Shown: positions 1 to 13,460 of the stretch, in pieces
How the letters are laid out: each line of letters opens with the position of its first letter
How positions within the stretch are numbered: position 1 is the stretch's first letter
DNA from: Leucoraja ocellata
Taxonomy: Eukaryota
Length of the DNA: 64,000 bases
Reading direction: 5' to 3'
NCBI GenBank assembly: GCA_036785375.1
Contig: JAWMAR010000023.1
Span: forward strand, 5,022,001-5,086,000
Translations under genes and position numbers: made by a program
Notes under the pieces: model-generated
Database searches by the model: none
Seen by the model: only the letters and a program-made list of their open reading frames with translations
Told to the model about the DNA's origin: nothing

Positions 1-349
1 TAATAAGAAAAGGTAAATCAACTACCAATTTGCCAAGGGAAGCTAATAGTTGCAATTGCTATCGCCTTTATCACTTTCATTATCTAAAAAATTTGTGTGG
101 ACAAAATCATGAAAATACTTGAATCTGTTTATTCTGGTGTAAAATCAAGATGACTTATTTATGGTTATGCAAATTTTCCTGTCTAAAAATGAAGACCTTA
201 AAGACAATATCCCAGAAAAGAAGCTCATCTTTCAAGTGATATAATATGCATGCATTACTCTGCATCTGATACAGAGATATGCTCTGTTGAATTTTTTTAA
301 ATTGTGAATTGAGATTGGTTGAATGTGAGCTAGAAGTAGTAAGAAGTCA

Positions 350-560
350 GCCATTTAAGAGATGAAAAATGTTTTTACCCAGGGTTTATGTATTTTTGGT
401 ATTCCACATTCCAGAAGATTATGGATTGTCCATAACTGAGTATATTCAGGGATGAGATTAATGGATGTTTGAAAGCCAAGAGAATCAAGGATATGGAGTT
501 AAGATGGATATGTCAAGTTGTGCTGAGTTATCAGCCATATTGTTATTGCAGCCTCAAGCA
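350..560 (+). mobile_element. Decayed CR1 LINE 3' end
   Basis: Degenerate match to the CR1 3' end seen intact elsewhere in the window (ttttacccaggg...aatcaaggatatgg...atcagccat). Confidence 0.55.
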
Positions 561-2759
561 GCTGTATAGCCTTCTGTTTCTTAGATTTTTATTATCCTTG
601 TGCAAATAATTGTGTTTGAATATTATACTATTCTTTCATCAAGATAAGTTTTGTTTTTAATGTACGTTTGTGCTCAATGGGAGTTGACCCGCAGTAAAGT
701 GCCCACAAAGTAATTATCCTTACCTATATAAATCTCTGCACCATATGGAAGAGACTTCAGTGCTTTAGACCTTTACAAGGGACAGTCGCGATGAAGGAAA
801 GTGCTGCAATTCTCTGATTAGTTTCATCTTGATGTATGGTCTCATTTAAAGCTATATAGGTTTTCTACTCAGGATAACAATGCCTGAGATTCAATCCCCA
901 CCCTATCTGAAAGAAAATATACTGAGGCCAATGTTACAGCCTCATCTGAGATCACCTGAATGTTTTGGTGATCAAATGCAGAATCATTTGTGAGGTTCAG
1001 TTGCAATTGCTACAGGCCAAGTTTATTGAAGTACTAATTCATCAGGGAAGATGTTCAGTGTAAATTCCTGATCTTGAATGGAAACAATTTTGAGTAAAAG
1101 TAATGGCATTTGCAAGAGCCCATTGATTGCTCATGCGATTATTTTTTTTTCAGAACCTAAAACTTAACGGAAAGTATTTTGTCTGTGAGCATATTGCTGA
1201 TAGAATTTAGACAAGTTTGACAACTTGACAAACTCTCCACCTTTGTTTTTGCTTTCGAACCAATTGAATGCGACAATGATCGGATGTGTACTGCATTGAA
1301 AGAGAAATTCATATCGAGGAGTTGCAATTTATTCCATAAGAGAGAAGGAAAAATCATTGCCTTGATAATTTTAAGAGCAGTTTGTGGATGCTTTAGGCCT
1401 CTGATGAATAAAGAAAAGGTGTTAAGAATAGATAAGAAATGACTCAAAAAAAAACTTGATATCATGCTACCCACTATGTATACCTGGCTTTACTCATTGA
1501 AATTTTAAGTGTGTACATCTGAAGTGAAAAGTTGGAACTAAATAAGATTTGTACATGTCTGCAGCATGTCAACAGTTCCCTGACTATTGGACATCTTCAT
1601 GAAATACATTGAAATTGTTAACGCTGCAGCCTTTTTGTAAACCAAATTTGCTCTGCCCACAAGAGCAGGACGAATCCAAAATGTCCAATGACCAATCCTT
1701 CAACCAATTCTCAGCAAATCGATGGATGGTGTTGACAGAGTTATAGTAAGTGTACTGTCCTGGATCTCCTTTTCAAGGTTTGCCATTGTGAGCAATAAGT
1801 AAGGTGATGAATATTCTCCGGTGACAATTCTCCATAGATTATCCAGCTCCCTTCAATCAATAGTGATCTTTCCCAAGGGGGTTGATGAACGTGAAGAAAG
1901 CCAATTAATTGGCCTGGTGTAGATTTCATTATAACATTGGATGGTTCACAGAGAAAATAGCAAAATTCAAAGCGATTGGGAGTAATTGCTTTTAAAATTA
2001 AAGTAACATATAATTGAATTTGATTGGAATAAAAATGAAATCGAGAAATCAATAAGGAAAGCATTGATTTTCTGGAGTCACGAGCAACACAAAAGTTGGA
2101 AGTGATTTTTGAAGGCTTTGCTGCAGAACCAGCTCAAGGCATTATTTACTCATTTTTCCAATTATGATTTTCCTACAAACATAGAGTCAGAAGTTTTTTT
2201 TTTTAATCATTGGGTACATGACAGACATGAAATTAACCTGTGACAGGTGAAACTGGAAAGGTGGATATTCCAAATTTCCTTTACTGCAGTGTCACTGAGA
2301 TTTACACTTATACAAATATAAGGGAACTGCCTGAAATCTTTTTCAAATTACCAAAAACATCAAATCAGACTTGTTGAACATTGTCCATTTTCTTGGTCAT
2401 AAAATTGCAATTGACCTGTTTAGATGTTTCAGACTCTCTAAAGTGTTTTGGACTTTACACTTAATTCTGCCCTTGGAAAGTGAGAAGCAATTTTGGTTTA
2501 TAACTTACTTTGCTGTTTGTGGTGAGTGTGTTTATATAATGGTTCCAGGGTGTTTTAATTTTACTGCACTTTGTTCAGTAACAGTGAAGTTCATTTGATC
2601 TCCTGAGGGGCATTTGAGAAGTAATAAAATCTTTACATTATCTAACCCTTCATCCACAGAAAAGTGTGAACAAATACTGCGATGTAACTGGTATTTCTTG
2701 GGTATCTGCAGTCTGCCAATTCTCACCAGTTTTTCGACTCTGTGTTTCGTGAATCTCAC

Positions 2760-2761
<2 letters not shown>

Positions 2762-2797
<36 letters not shown>
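2762..2797. repeat. Poly-G homopolymer (36 nt)
   Basis: Read directly from the sequence. Confidence 0.95.
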
Positions 2798-2798
<1 letters not shown>

Positions 2799-4360
2799 AT
2801 GTATGAACATGTGTTACCAAGTTATGATAATTTCTCTTTCCTAAACTTTTAAAATATGTACATTTGCAGGAATCATTTGTTTGAAGGCTGTTAAATTTGC
2901 TTCTTCCTTTCGTGCACGTGCTCCGTGTATTTCCCTTCTTTTAGCTCACATTGTCATTTCCAAAGTTAAAGGTGTTTTCTCTCAGATTAGTGTCACTTTT
3001 TAGTTGGGAGATTAGAGGTTCACAAGAACATGGAAACATAGAAATGTTTAGAAATGTGAAGAGAGAAATAAAGAGATACCCACAGATGCAAAGATATCTC
3101 AAACTTTTTTCAACACAACAACAGCAAGAGAACAGGAAAGAAGAACTGGAATCTTAAGGAATTTAAATAGATTAACTTTGGGAAATTTATTATTTTTAAT
3201 ATTTTCTGCATGTTAATTGAAATAGAGTGAGTAACTTCAATATAAATGAAACGGAGGTAATAGGGAAACCTAAGGGATATATGTTATTCATCTGTACTAA
3301 GACAAAGGATGAGATTTGTAAGAAGCTGATGGTCAATGTGAATGTGACCATGATGACTGCCAAGTCAATGTAAGCTGTGGAATGAAAATGGGATCTGAAT
3401 GATATGAAGCAGTGGGGGGTTGTAAAGGGAAAAGTGAATTTAGATGTTAAGTATAAATTCAGTACATTTATAGATGATACCACATAAAAGGGTAAATTAG
3501 AAAAGCTATTTTTGTTGTCCCGTTAAACCATGGCATTGTGTCATATTTATGCATTGCAATACCAGTTTATTATTATTGTATTTTCAATTTTAAATCATTT
3601 TAGTTTATAGTTTGTTTTTGTTTATTAGATTAGTTAAATAACACCCAGCACAATGTTTTAAATAATTATGAGACACCCATTATCTGAAGTTATTTTTATT
3701 TGCTTTAAATCTGAATTGTAGTGAAATGGACTTGTAGTTACACTTAATAGTATATTGAGGTGCTGGGGTGCAGTTACTACATTATGCACAAGTCAATATA
3801 CAGTTACTAAATTACACAGCAGAATCATTCATGCATCGAGATTGCCATTACCCTTCACTGTTATTTGTTGTGATTGTTAATTACAGATACATTTTTAGCT
3901 TGATAATGAAGCAAAACATCGCAAAATAAATCAAAATACACATCATATCTGATAACCTTTTCTTTTAGCAAGAAATTAATAAGCACCATATTATAGTCAA
4001 TGATATTAACAGAAAATTATAATAACCGGGACACATGTGCTGCTTTTGCCCAATTTCAATTGTCGATGTGTTCAAGTAAAAATGAGAACCCAACTGCAGG
4101 AGATGGGCGATGGACAATCGAGAAAGGGGAGAATGAACATTGCTGCTCAGTGATTCTAGGTCTAGTCTGGTCTTTGGTTTCAGATTTGGTTTTGTGTCCA
4201 GTCCTAGGCTCAACTCAGGGTTGAGTTATGGTCTTCAGTTCCCATTGGATGGTCCAGTTTTGTTCTCCTCGTAGGACTCCTGGCTAACATCTAGCCAGAG
4301 GTTTGCTGGGTCCCACAGCATCCTAGAGGCTGTTGTTTGTCCTGCATCTTCAATGCAGAC

Positions 4361-4418
4361 TCCTTCGCTGCATAGATGCTGCCACATCCGCTGTGTTTCT
4401 CCAGCATTTTTATCTACC
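4361..4418 (+). mobile_element. Penelope-like element 3' tail fragment
   Basis: tccttcgctgcatagatgctgcc...ctccagcatttttatctacc matches the tail that follows the GIY-YIG C-terminus at 60066-60341. Confidence 0.8.
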
Positions 4419-5506
4419 GAGGAAGTTTATTGGGAAATGGTATTGTGACCCCATTCACCACTTTACGAAGTAATGGCATGGCTTGGAGCAGCTTGGCAAC
4501 AATGCCACATCTTTTTAATCTACAGGAAAATTGATAGCCAAATTTGCTCTTTTGCAGGGGAAAGCAATACATCTATAGGGCGTTTGACACATTCGGCACA
4601 GATGGGGGTGGGATCTCACGTTTAATGCCTCATGACAGCCCAAGGAGAATCAAAAAATTCAGATCCTGGAAATCTGAAATAATAATGACATTGTGCCAGA
4701 AGCACCAGGCAGATGAAGCAGGACCTGTGGAAAAAAGAAACAAGAATTAATGTTTCAGAACAATGTTCCTTTATCAGGGTAGGATCAAAGGCCTGAGAAA
4801 TAAATTCTGTTTTGCTTTCTATAGATGTTACCTGATAACAATAGAACCTGAAATGAAAGTCTGACATTTTCAATAGATGCAGCGAGGTGATGTGAGACAT
4901 TAACATGTTTTCAGGCTTAAGTGTTCACATATAACTATGCCCATTATTCTTTGTTTTGATATGATCCAGATTTTCATTTCTATCATTTTTATTTTGTGTA
5001 CTTGCAAAATGGTGCCCCATTAGGTGGGGTCAGGCCGGGATTTATTTACATACTTTACAGCTCAGTAGAGTAAATTGAGCATTTAATCGCAAACTACGAA
5101 TATTTTTAGCTGAACTGAATTCTAATACTTCATGTTTCAAGATTAGTTTACTCTGTTAAAAATACATAAATTGTTATTTTTCATCCAAACTTTAAAATGT
5201 TAAAGTCGTGGACCTTCATTTCAGTGTGGAGAGACTGCGATAACATTTATAGATGAATCCTATTTGTGCCATTTATTTTCTTCACACTCCTGTCAAGTCG
5301 AGTATTGCTATACTTTGTCTTGATTCTCAAATTATTTTTTCTACTTTACCTCCAAATTCATCTGCCGTTTTCCTAAAGGTGTTTACTCTTGGTTGGGCAG
5401 GATTGTACTGATCGATTGCTAACAAACTTCAATGGCTCAGTTGTAATCATCACACAAGCCGAGGAAGTGAATGTAGGAGGCCTGTTCAACAAGATAATGA
5501 CTAGTC

Positions 5507-5746
5507 NNNNNNNNNNNNNNNNNNNNNNNNNNNNNNNNNNNNNNNNNNNNNNNNNNNNNNNNNNNNNNNNNNNNNNNNNNNNNNNNNNNNNNNNNNNNNN
5601 NNNNNNNNNNNNNNNNNNNNNNNNNNNNNNNNNNNNNNNNNNNNNNNNNNNNNNNNNNNNNNNNNNNNNNNNNNNNNNNNNNNNNNNNNNNNNNNNNNNN
5701 NNNNNNNNNNNNNNNNNNNNNNNNNNNNNNNNNNNNNNNNNNNNNN
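5507..5746. other. Assembly gap (240 N)
   Basis: Run of N. Confidence 1.
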
Positions 5747-6059
5747 TTAGTGGTTCCTTGCCTGATACCTCTGCTCTGTGTGCCATGGACGAGAGATTAT
5801 TTGAGGTAATAATTGCTCATGTCATTTGCCATAAGGTAACTAAGTATATCTGACCAACAAAACATTATTTTTATTTATTAAACTATTTAGAGGTTAGGTT
5901 GGGGAATGGGAGGAGAGGATGTCGGTGGTTGATATTTTGAATGAGTGCAGTGATGGCAGCATATTTATGTTACTAAGTTAATAATCTCATCTCTGTCTCA
6001 AATGAGCAAACTATTGTTATTAAACAGGACCTCCTAATTCTATTCACATGTGAAATTAA

Positions 6060-6780
6060 ATATTTTCCCCACATTCAACCTGACAAAACCCTCAGGATCT
6101 TTTCTTTTCAAACAAGGTCCAATTTATCCTTCTAAATACCCAACAAATATAATCTTATCCTGCCAATCTTTCCTCTTGACAACCCATCCACTCCATAAAT
6201 CTTTGAACAGTTTCAATTCATGAATATCTTTTCCTTGAATAGGGGGACTGATTCTGAACACAGTAAGCTGGATGTGGCCTCACCACTCCACAGAATCTTA
6301 ACCTCCTACATTTATTTAATTTCCCCAGCTTTAATAATTACCTGCTACATATGTCAACGAGTCTCTTATGAATGATGAGTTAGGACACCCAGAACCCTCT
6401 GAATTTTGCATCTCTGCATTCTCTCAATATTTAGATAATGCTTAATTTTATTTTTCCCCACTAAAGCTAAAAAATCATATTTTTGGCATTATACTCCATT
6501 TGCCACATTTTTGCCACTCACCTATCTGTCAGTGACCCTTTGTAACCTGTGTTGTGGCCTATTTCCTTCGCTCCATAGATGCTGCTGCACCCACTGAGTT
6601 TCTCCAGCTTTTTTGTCTACCCTTTGTAACCTTATTGTTCCTTTCACAACTTGGATTCCCGTCATCTTTCCGTCACATTCACATTTAGCATCTAGACTTT
6701 TGGTATCTTCATCCTTGTCTTTAAAATAATTTGCAGTAAGTCGAGTCCCAGCACTGATCCATTAACAAATGCTCGTTACT
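6060..6780 (-). mobile_element. Decayed CR1 LINE RT fragment, interrupted by a PLE tail
   Basis: Degenerate reverse-strand CR1 motifs, e.g. ttctgaacacagta...gatgtggcctcacca, the remnant of the LVRPHLEYCVQFW region. Confidence 0.6.
6549..6618 (+). mobile_element. 5'-truncated PLE tail with 14-bp target-site duplication
   Basis: PLE tail sequence flanked by accctttgtaacct at 6535-6548 and 6619-6632. Confidence 0.9.
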
Positions 6781-7439
6781 TGTAATATTCCCTTTCCCAT
6801 CTGCAGGATAAATGCAACATTGATAGGACAGAGGGAATAGTCCTGGGTGTTTTTAATATTGATTGCAGACATCAATAAATCTCATCCAAACATGAAAATC
6901 TCCTCCTGACTCTCATGGCCTTTCATAGGTGCATCTCACTCTATGGTTCCGAGAAAAATAGAGAGGTGCATGCTGAGGCACGAGGCCCAACTCCCTCGGG
7001 TGATTGGTTGTCACTTCTCCATGGTGAACAACATTTGGAAGAAGGAAGGGCACAGAATATTCTTCACCAAGAGTGGCAAACCAATGATATTTCTGACTGA
7101 GCTGGCTGATTGAGTCTGTGGCAGGCAGTGAAGAACCAGCATGGCTGTAAACCTGAAGATTAGAACACCTTTTCAACATCAACACCTTTTGCTGGCTTAT
7201 TCCCATACTTCTTAGCTACTTTAAAATCTGAAAATCTGTTGAACACAGTTTTAAATTCAGTGAATAGCTGGACCTCAACAGCCCAAAGAGCAGAGAATAC
7301 CAAAGATTAATTACCATTAAAATGAAAATCAGATTTGTCAAGCATGATTTTTATTTCATAAATTTATGTTGACTATATTCCACTCTTTTTTTTAAGTGTC
7401 CTGCTTCCATTTCCTTAACAAAAGATTCTGGTATTGTCC

Positions 7440-8260
7440 TCTTAGATTAGATTACATTAAGTTAATGTGTTATCGTGTACAGACTGCAATGAAATTACTT
7501 GTTCAAATGAAACACGCCACAGAATGGTGCAAAGATTGCAGGCAATCAGATGTCCTGCAAAAGAATGTAAAGTAATATAATAGAATAGTCAAATGAAGTA
7601 GTGAGTCAAGGGTGAGATAATGTGGCAGCATCATAGGGAAGGGGGTGCAAAAATGCTGATTAGTTCACGGGTCTCACTTCATTTGGGAATGAGCTGTTTT
7701 TGATCAGGTCGTCTGGGCTTTCAAGCTCCTGTGTCTTCACCCAGGAGGTAGAAGAGAGAAAAGGGAATGGCAGGCATCTTTGGCGACACTTCCAGTCTTC
7801 CTGATGAAATGGACCATGAAGATGTATTGGATGGAAGTAAGTGATGAGCCTCTGATGGACGACTGTGATCAACACTCTCTGCAGGTGTAGGCAGGCCAGA
7901 GCAGATACTAAACCAGTGAGAATCTTTTCCATAGCACATCTTCAGAAGTTTATGAGAATCTTCATCTGTATGCCAAATTTTCTCAGACACCTAAGAACAA
8001 AAATGCTTTGGTGTACTTTCTTGATCACTGCATCAGCATGAAGGGACCGTAATTTGCTGTTACGATGGATGCCTCGAAACCTGAAGTTGTTGAACATTTC
8101 TACACCAGCTCTGATGATGATGGCAGGTTGTGTGCACACTCTCACTATCTTGGGTCAACAAGCCACTTTTTGGTCTTGCTGACGTTCAGGGCTGGGTGGT
8201 TGTCATTGTACCATGGCAGTAGGTTCTTGATCTCTTTCCTGTTACCTGATTGACGGTTAT
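7440..8260 (-). mobile_element. Rex1/Babar-type LINE 3' fragment
   Basis: ORFs 7942..8145 and 7660..7990 give AVIKKVHQSIFVLRCLRKFG..KILINF...EKILTG, a decayed KKAQQRLYFLRRLRKFG..LxNFYxCxIESILT; (ttaga)n tail near 7442. Confidence 0.75.
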
Positions 8261-8352
8261 CATCAGATTAACTGATCTTTAACTGTTTTCTCTCCTTCCC
8301 TTGCATTGTTTCATTCCAATTTTAGACACCATTCTGGAATCAATGGAATTTT

Positions 8353-8440
8353 CTTCTTCTTGAGCTCTTTGCTCCTCTAGGGAGGATAGGCCCTTGACAA
8401 ACGTCCTCCACCTCATTCGATTGTTGGCAGTTCTTTCGAG
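8353..8440 (-). mobile_element. RTE-clade LINE extreme 3' end with 10-bp TSD
   Basis: Encodes LERTANNRMRWRTFVKGLSS (RTE C-terminal AxDRxxWR motif) followed by a (GAA)n tail; atggaatttt is duplicated at 8343-8352 and 8441-8450. Confidence 0.75.
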
Positions 8441-10030
8441 ATGGAATTTTGGAAGCCATATATTCATTATTTAAAAATCAGACTTTGCTTATTTACAGTT
8501 GGACCGACTAAAGCAATTACCAATTCTACTCTAGGCAGTTTATGTCATGTAGCTTGCTTTGTTTAAAGTTAAGACCACAGTTTTTGATTAAACTGGATCA
8601 CTTTTAATCTTCATGTGGAATGCTTTCATATTATGATCTCTGCTGAATGTTTGCTAATAAATAGATTGTTAATTAATCTTTTCTCATTACACAGCAGTGG
8701 ACCTAAAATAGATCTCTTTATTTCCTTTGTCACATTTCTAATTTTAACTATTGTACCTTGACGTTTGTTCCTTCAGCTGCTTAGGCTGTAAACTCTGGAA
8801 TTCCTCATTATTATTCCTTATTTTTAATCAGGTTTTGGTAACCTGTCCTAAAATCTAAGTTTCAAATGTTGTTTGATCATGTTCCCGTGAAGCACATTTG
8901 GACTTTGTATTAGATTAAAGGCACTGCATGAATGCAAAATGTTGCATGTGGTTTGAATCCATAATCAGCAGCCTCAAGCAGCCCACTTTCAACTTGGTAA
9001 GCTGACATCTGAACAGAAATATATTGAGTCCTCATGTATAGGCTTGTATGAATGCAGTATGAACATCCCCGTTCTCCTGCTCAGAAATCCTGATGCAAAT
9101 TGTGCTATATGCAGTGTCTATTATAATGCAGTTCATGTCCCGGGTAATTAATCACTGCTGTCCTTGTGTCATTCCTACGTGACTTTACATCTTAAGAATG
9201 GTTTCTAACAAAGCATCAGATTGATAAACAGCAAAATCTACAAAATGTCATTGCCAATTTTAAACATTTCTGCTAGTCATGTATTCTAATGAAGAATACT
9301 TAGCAATGTGTGCTTTACATTCTATAGAATCAAGCAATAAATTAATTAACAATAGTCTTTGAACCTCAGTATGTCTTAACTCAAATTTAATTCCTCAAAG
9401 TAGCTTTTAAAATGGCTTTCAAAATATAAAAATAAAAGTGTATGCTCAAAATTTAAACAATGGGTACTGTTGGTAATGATAGAGGTTCAAAAACATCTGT
9501 GGAGAAAGAAACAGAGTTAATGTTTTAGATAGATAATTTTAATTTCAACTTAAAATATTTGGCATGAGGTAAGTATTAAGATGGGGAAGAAATAACCAAA
9601 GGGATGACCTGTGAAAGACAAGAGTGTGCAAAATAAAAGAGGATGATAATTGAACAAGAAAAGTCTCATACAATAGTTTCAGATGAGATGTAAATGGAAG
9701 TAGAGTAGGTATGCCATGTTGCTGAACACTGATATTGAGCCTGTAATGTGCTTAAAATCAAAAGATAAGACAATGTCCCTTGAGTTCCCATTGCAGATTA
9801 TTGGAATGCTGCAGATGTCAAGGGCAAAGAGGCAAAGAGGTGAGATTGGGTGTCATGTGCAATTTGCCATCCTTCTCACATTCTGCCTTCTGTCTTTCGT
9901 ATGTTACGTTGTTCTTGTGAAGCTCAAAGCAAACTGGGAATATATCTCTTGCCCTTTCCAGGCTATTTATTTAAAAGTGAGACTGTTTCTTTGCAGATGT
10001 TGCTTGTCTTGATGTTTCCAGCATTGAGTA

Positions 10031-10224
10031 CAGGTAATTCCCAGGTTATGGCAGTGTTCTGTTCCAAGGTACTGTTCATTACCCAGTTTGCAATTCGGAA
10101 ATGAGGCCGAGATTCAAGTTCCCTCATGGCAGCAGCCAGCAAATCATCCCACCGGCCTCCGAAACACTCATTCGTATGTACGGGCTGTGCATAAGTCAGC
10201 AGATTGCAAGCTGGGGAGGACCTG
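10031..10224. mobile_element. Probable Tc1/mariner (Tigger-like) MITE
   Basis: TA-flanked imperfect terminal inverted repeats: ta|caggtaattcccag ... ctggggaggacctg|ta. Confidence 0.5.
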
Positions 10225-11274
10225 TATGTGAAATTGGCTTTTAAAATATTTATTCCATTTCATTAGGCTTAAACTAAGTGTCTCTTATTGGAAGGAATAA
10301 CATGTCCTAATTATTGTAAGTGAATTTTAAGTGACTTTAGAACAGAATATCTTTAATATATAAATAAATATGTCATTTATTCAATTGTCATTCAAATATA
10401 TTTGTTGATAATACATTTTAAAATGCTGCTGTTGTATTACGATGTTTATTGTGATTTTAGAAAGCTATTTAACAGTAACTATTTTAAGAGCTTTGTCCAT
10501 TTCCCCTTTTATTTTCAGACTGTACATTTGATGATTTGTCTGTCAAGGTTGCCAGTATTTTATCCTTTGTGCAACTTACTGCTTATATTTGAATAATTAA
10601 GTTGTTGTGGGGATGTGCTTTCTTGAAATGCAAAGAATTATGTTAAAACACAAAGCTGAAAATCTGAAATAAAACAAAGAAATGCTCGAAATATTCAGCA
10701 GATAAAGTGTTGACCACGGGGAATGAATCAGAATTAAGCATTTGGGTCAATAATATTTCTGCAAAATTAGGGAGAGTTAGAAATCATCAACGATGTTTTA
10801 AAGTTACCGACAAGGAGGGGCTGGGGGGAACAGGTGGAATGGCGAGAACCGAGGACATTCTCATGGATCTTTATTGGAATAAACTCTTGAATTTGTTTAC
10901 TCAATGATTTAGAACTGGGCATCACCAGCGATGACAACATTTGTTACTCAGGCCCTGGTGCTTGCTTGCCAAATAATTTCAGTAGCTAGTCAATCACATG
11001 TGTGGGTTTTTAAGACATGTAGGGATGGCAGATTCACTTCACGGTGGGACATGAGTAAGTGAGGTGGAATGTTATGACAAATTGGGTAATTTTGCGGTCA
11101 TCATTGCAAACGAATGCTTTTATTTAGTTAATTCCAGTTAAATTCCGTAGTTTTAATTGGAATTAAATGCTGTAGCTGCCATGAATTCAGGCAATGAACT
11201 GTTAGTTCAAGCATTTGGAATCGGAGCTGATGACATAACTGCCAAGCCCTTTTGTTCTCATTTCAGTATTATCA

Positions 11275-13460
11275 TTTACAGTCGTACAACACGGAAACAG
11301 GTGCTTTGGCCCAACTTGCCCCAGCCAACCAAGATGTTCATCTGCACTAGTCCCACCTGCCCATATCCCTCCAAACCTTTCCTATCCATGTATCTATTCA
11401 AATACCTTTTAAATGTTGTTACAGTACATGCCTCAACTTCTCTGGCAGCTTGTTCCATATACTTACCACCCTCTGTGTGGAAAAAGTAGCTCTTTAGGTT
11501 CCGATTAAATCTTTCCCCTCCTTAAACCTTAGTTCCCTGGTTCTTGATTCACCCATTCTGGGTAAAAGACTGTGTGCAGTTACCCTATCTATTTCCCCCC
11601 CATGATCATATACACCTCTATAAGATAGCCCCTCATCCTCCTGCGCTCCAAAAAAAGAAAATCCTAGCCTGCCCAACCTCTTCATATACCTCAGGCCTGA
11701 AGTCCTGGAAACACGCTCAAAAATCTTCTCTGCACTCTTTACAGCTTAACAGTATCCTTCTTGTAGCAGAGTGACTAAAACTGAACACAATACTTCGAAT
11801 GCAGCCCACCAATGTCTTGTACAACTGTCACATAATGTCCCAACTTCAATACTCAATACACTGACTGATGAACTAAAAGATTTGACCACCTTATCGACCT
11901 GTGACGTCACATGTCTTCTACATTCTCGTACAAACCACAGACAGCAATGGGCCAAGTACCGACCCGGGAGGCACACCACTAGTCACAGGCCTGCAGTCCA
12001 GAAAAAAACATTTCCATCGTCACCTTCCTCTGCTTCCTTCCCTGAAGACAATTCTCTGTCTAGTCGGCTAGCTCGCCTTGGATACCATGTGATCTAAAAA
12101 CGTTTTCAAAAAAACTCAAAACAGATTTGTAAGACACAAAAGCCCATGTACAAAACAATTCTGACTGTCCCATATCAGTCCTTGTTTATCTAAATGTGTA
12201 TATATATGTATATATTATCCCTCCGAGTACTCTCCAGTAACTTATCTACCACAGATGTTTGGCTCACTGGTCAATAGTTCCCAGGCCTTTCCTTGCAGCC
12301 CTTCTTAAATAGAGCCACATCATTAGCCACCCTCCAGTCTTCTGAGATCTCAGCCATGTCTAATGACGATTTGTCTGTCGTCGCCAAGGTGCCTGTAATT
12401 TCTTTCCTAGCTTCCCATAGTATCCTCGAATATATATGATCAGGCCAGGGAGACTTATCTACCTTCATATACCTTAGAATATTTAGCACTTCCTCAACTG
12501 TAATACAGACTGTCCTCAAGACATTTCCGTTTACTGTCTCAAGATCCTTCATGTCTTTTTTCACGATAAAAAACAGAAGAGAAATACATTGAGGACCTTC
12601 CCCATCCCCTGTGGCTTCACACAGCGACGACTGCTTTGGTTTCTGAGGGGTCCTATTTTTCTCCAGTTACCCTGTTTCCTTTAATAATCATCTCTGATTA
12701 AACATTCCCGAACAAAATGTCATAAAATCATTGGATTTTCTTTTATTATTATCTGCCACATTTTTGCCTCCTTATTTCCTTCTCAAGCATGCTCCTCAGT
12801 CCCCAAAACTCCTCTGGGATAAACTTGATCCCAGCTGCCTAAACCTGTCCCATGTTTCCTTTTACCTGACTAGAGCCTCAATATCCCTCATCGTCCAAGT
12901 TTCATTACTCCCACTTGCCTTGCCCTTCACTCTAACATGAAAAATATGCCCTGAACTCTTGTCATTACACCTTGTAAAATGCATTCCACATTCCTTTGCC
13001 TGCAACCAGCGTACTCCAGTGAACTTGAGCAAGTATCTGTCTCATATCATCAAAGTTGGCCTTCCTCCAATTCAGAATTTTAACTCGTGGGATAGTCCTG
13101 TTGTTATCCTTCATTATTTGAAGCCTAATAGAACAATGACCATTGGTACCAAAAGGCTCGTTCACCACCACCACATTAGTTTTCAGCTAATCACTTGCCC
13201 GTCCCATTTTCCTCAGAGTAGATCAAACTTTGCCCTCTCCCGTGTAGGGCCTCGTGCATATTGTCTGATGAAACATTCCTGAACAAAATGTCAAAATCCA
13301 CCCTGTCTATGTCACTGGCACTATGACAGTCCCTGTGTATATTGGGAAATGTAAAATTCCTTACTATGACACGTTATTAGTCTTACAGCGGCCTGCAATC
13401 TCATGACGTATTTGCTCTTCTAATTACCGTTGGCTATTTGAGGGATTATTGGACACTCTC
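11275..13460 (-). mobile_element. CR1 LINE ORF2 remnant (endonuclease C-terminus to 3' UTR, internally deleted)
   Basis: Fragments KILNWRKANFDDMR (12965..13174), MKVDKSPWPDHIYSRILWE..EDWRVANDVALFKKGCKERPGNY (12271..12564) and VEACTVTTFKRYLNRYM (11276..11458); multiple frameshifts. Confidence 0.92.

Noticed and set aside
2532-2844. Poly-Pro and poly-Gly ORFs
   Set aside because: Produced by the G homopolymer.
5373-5853. ORFs spanning the N run
   Set aside because: Artefacts of the assembly gap.
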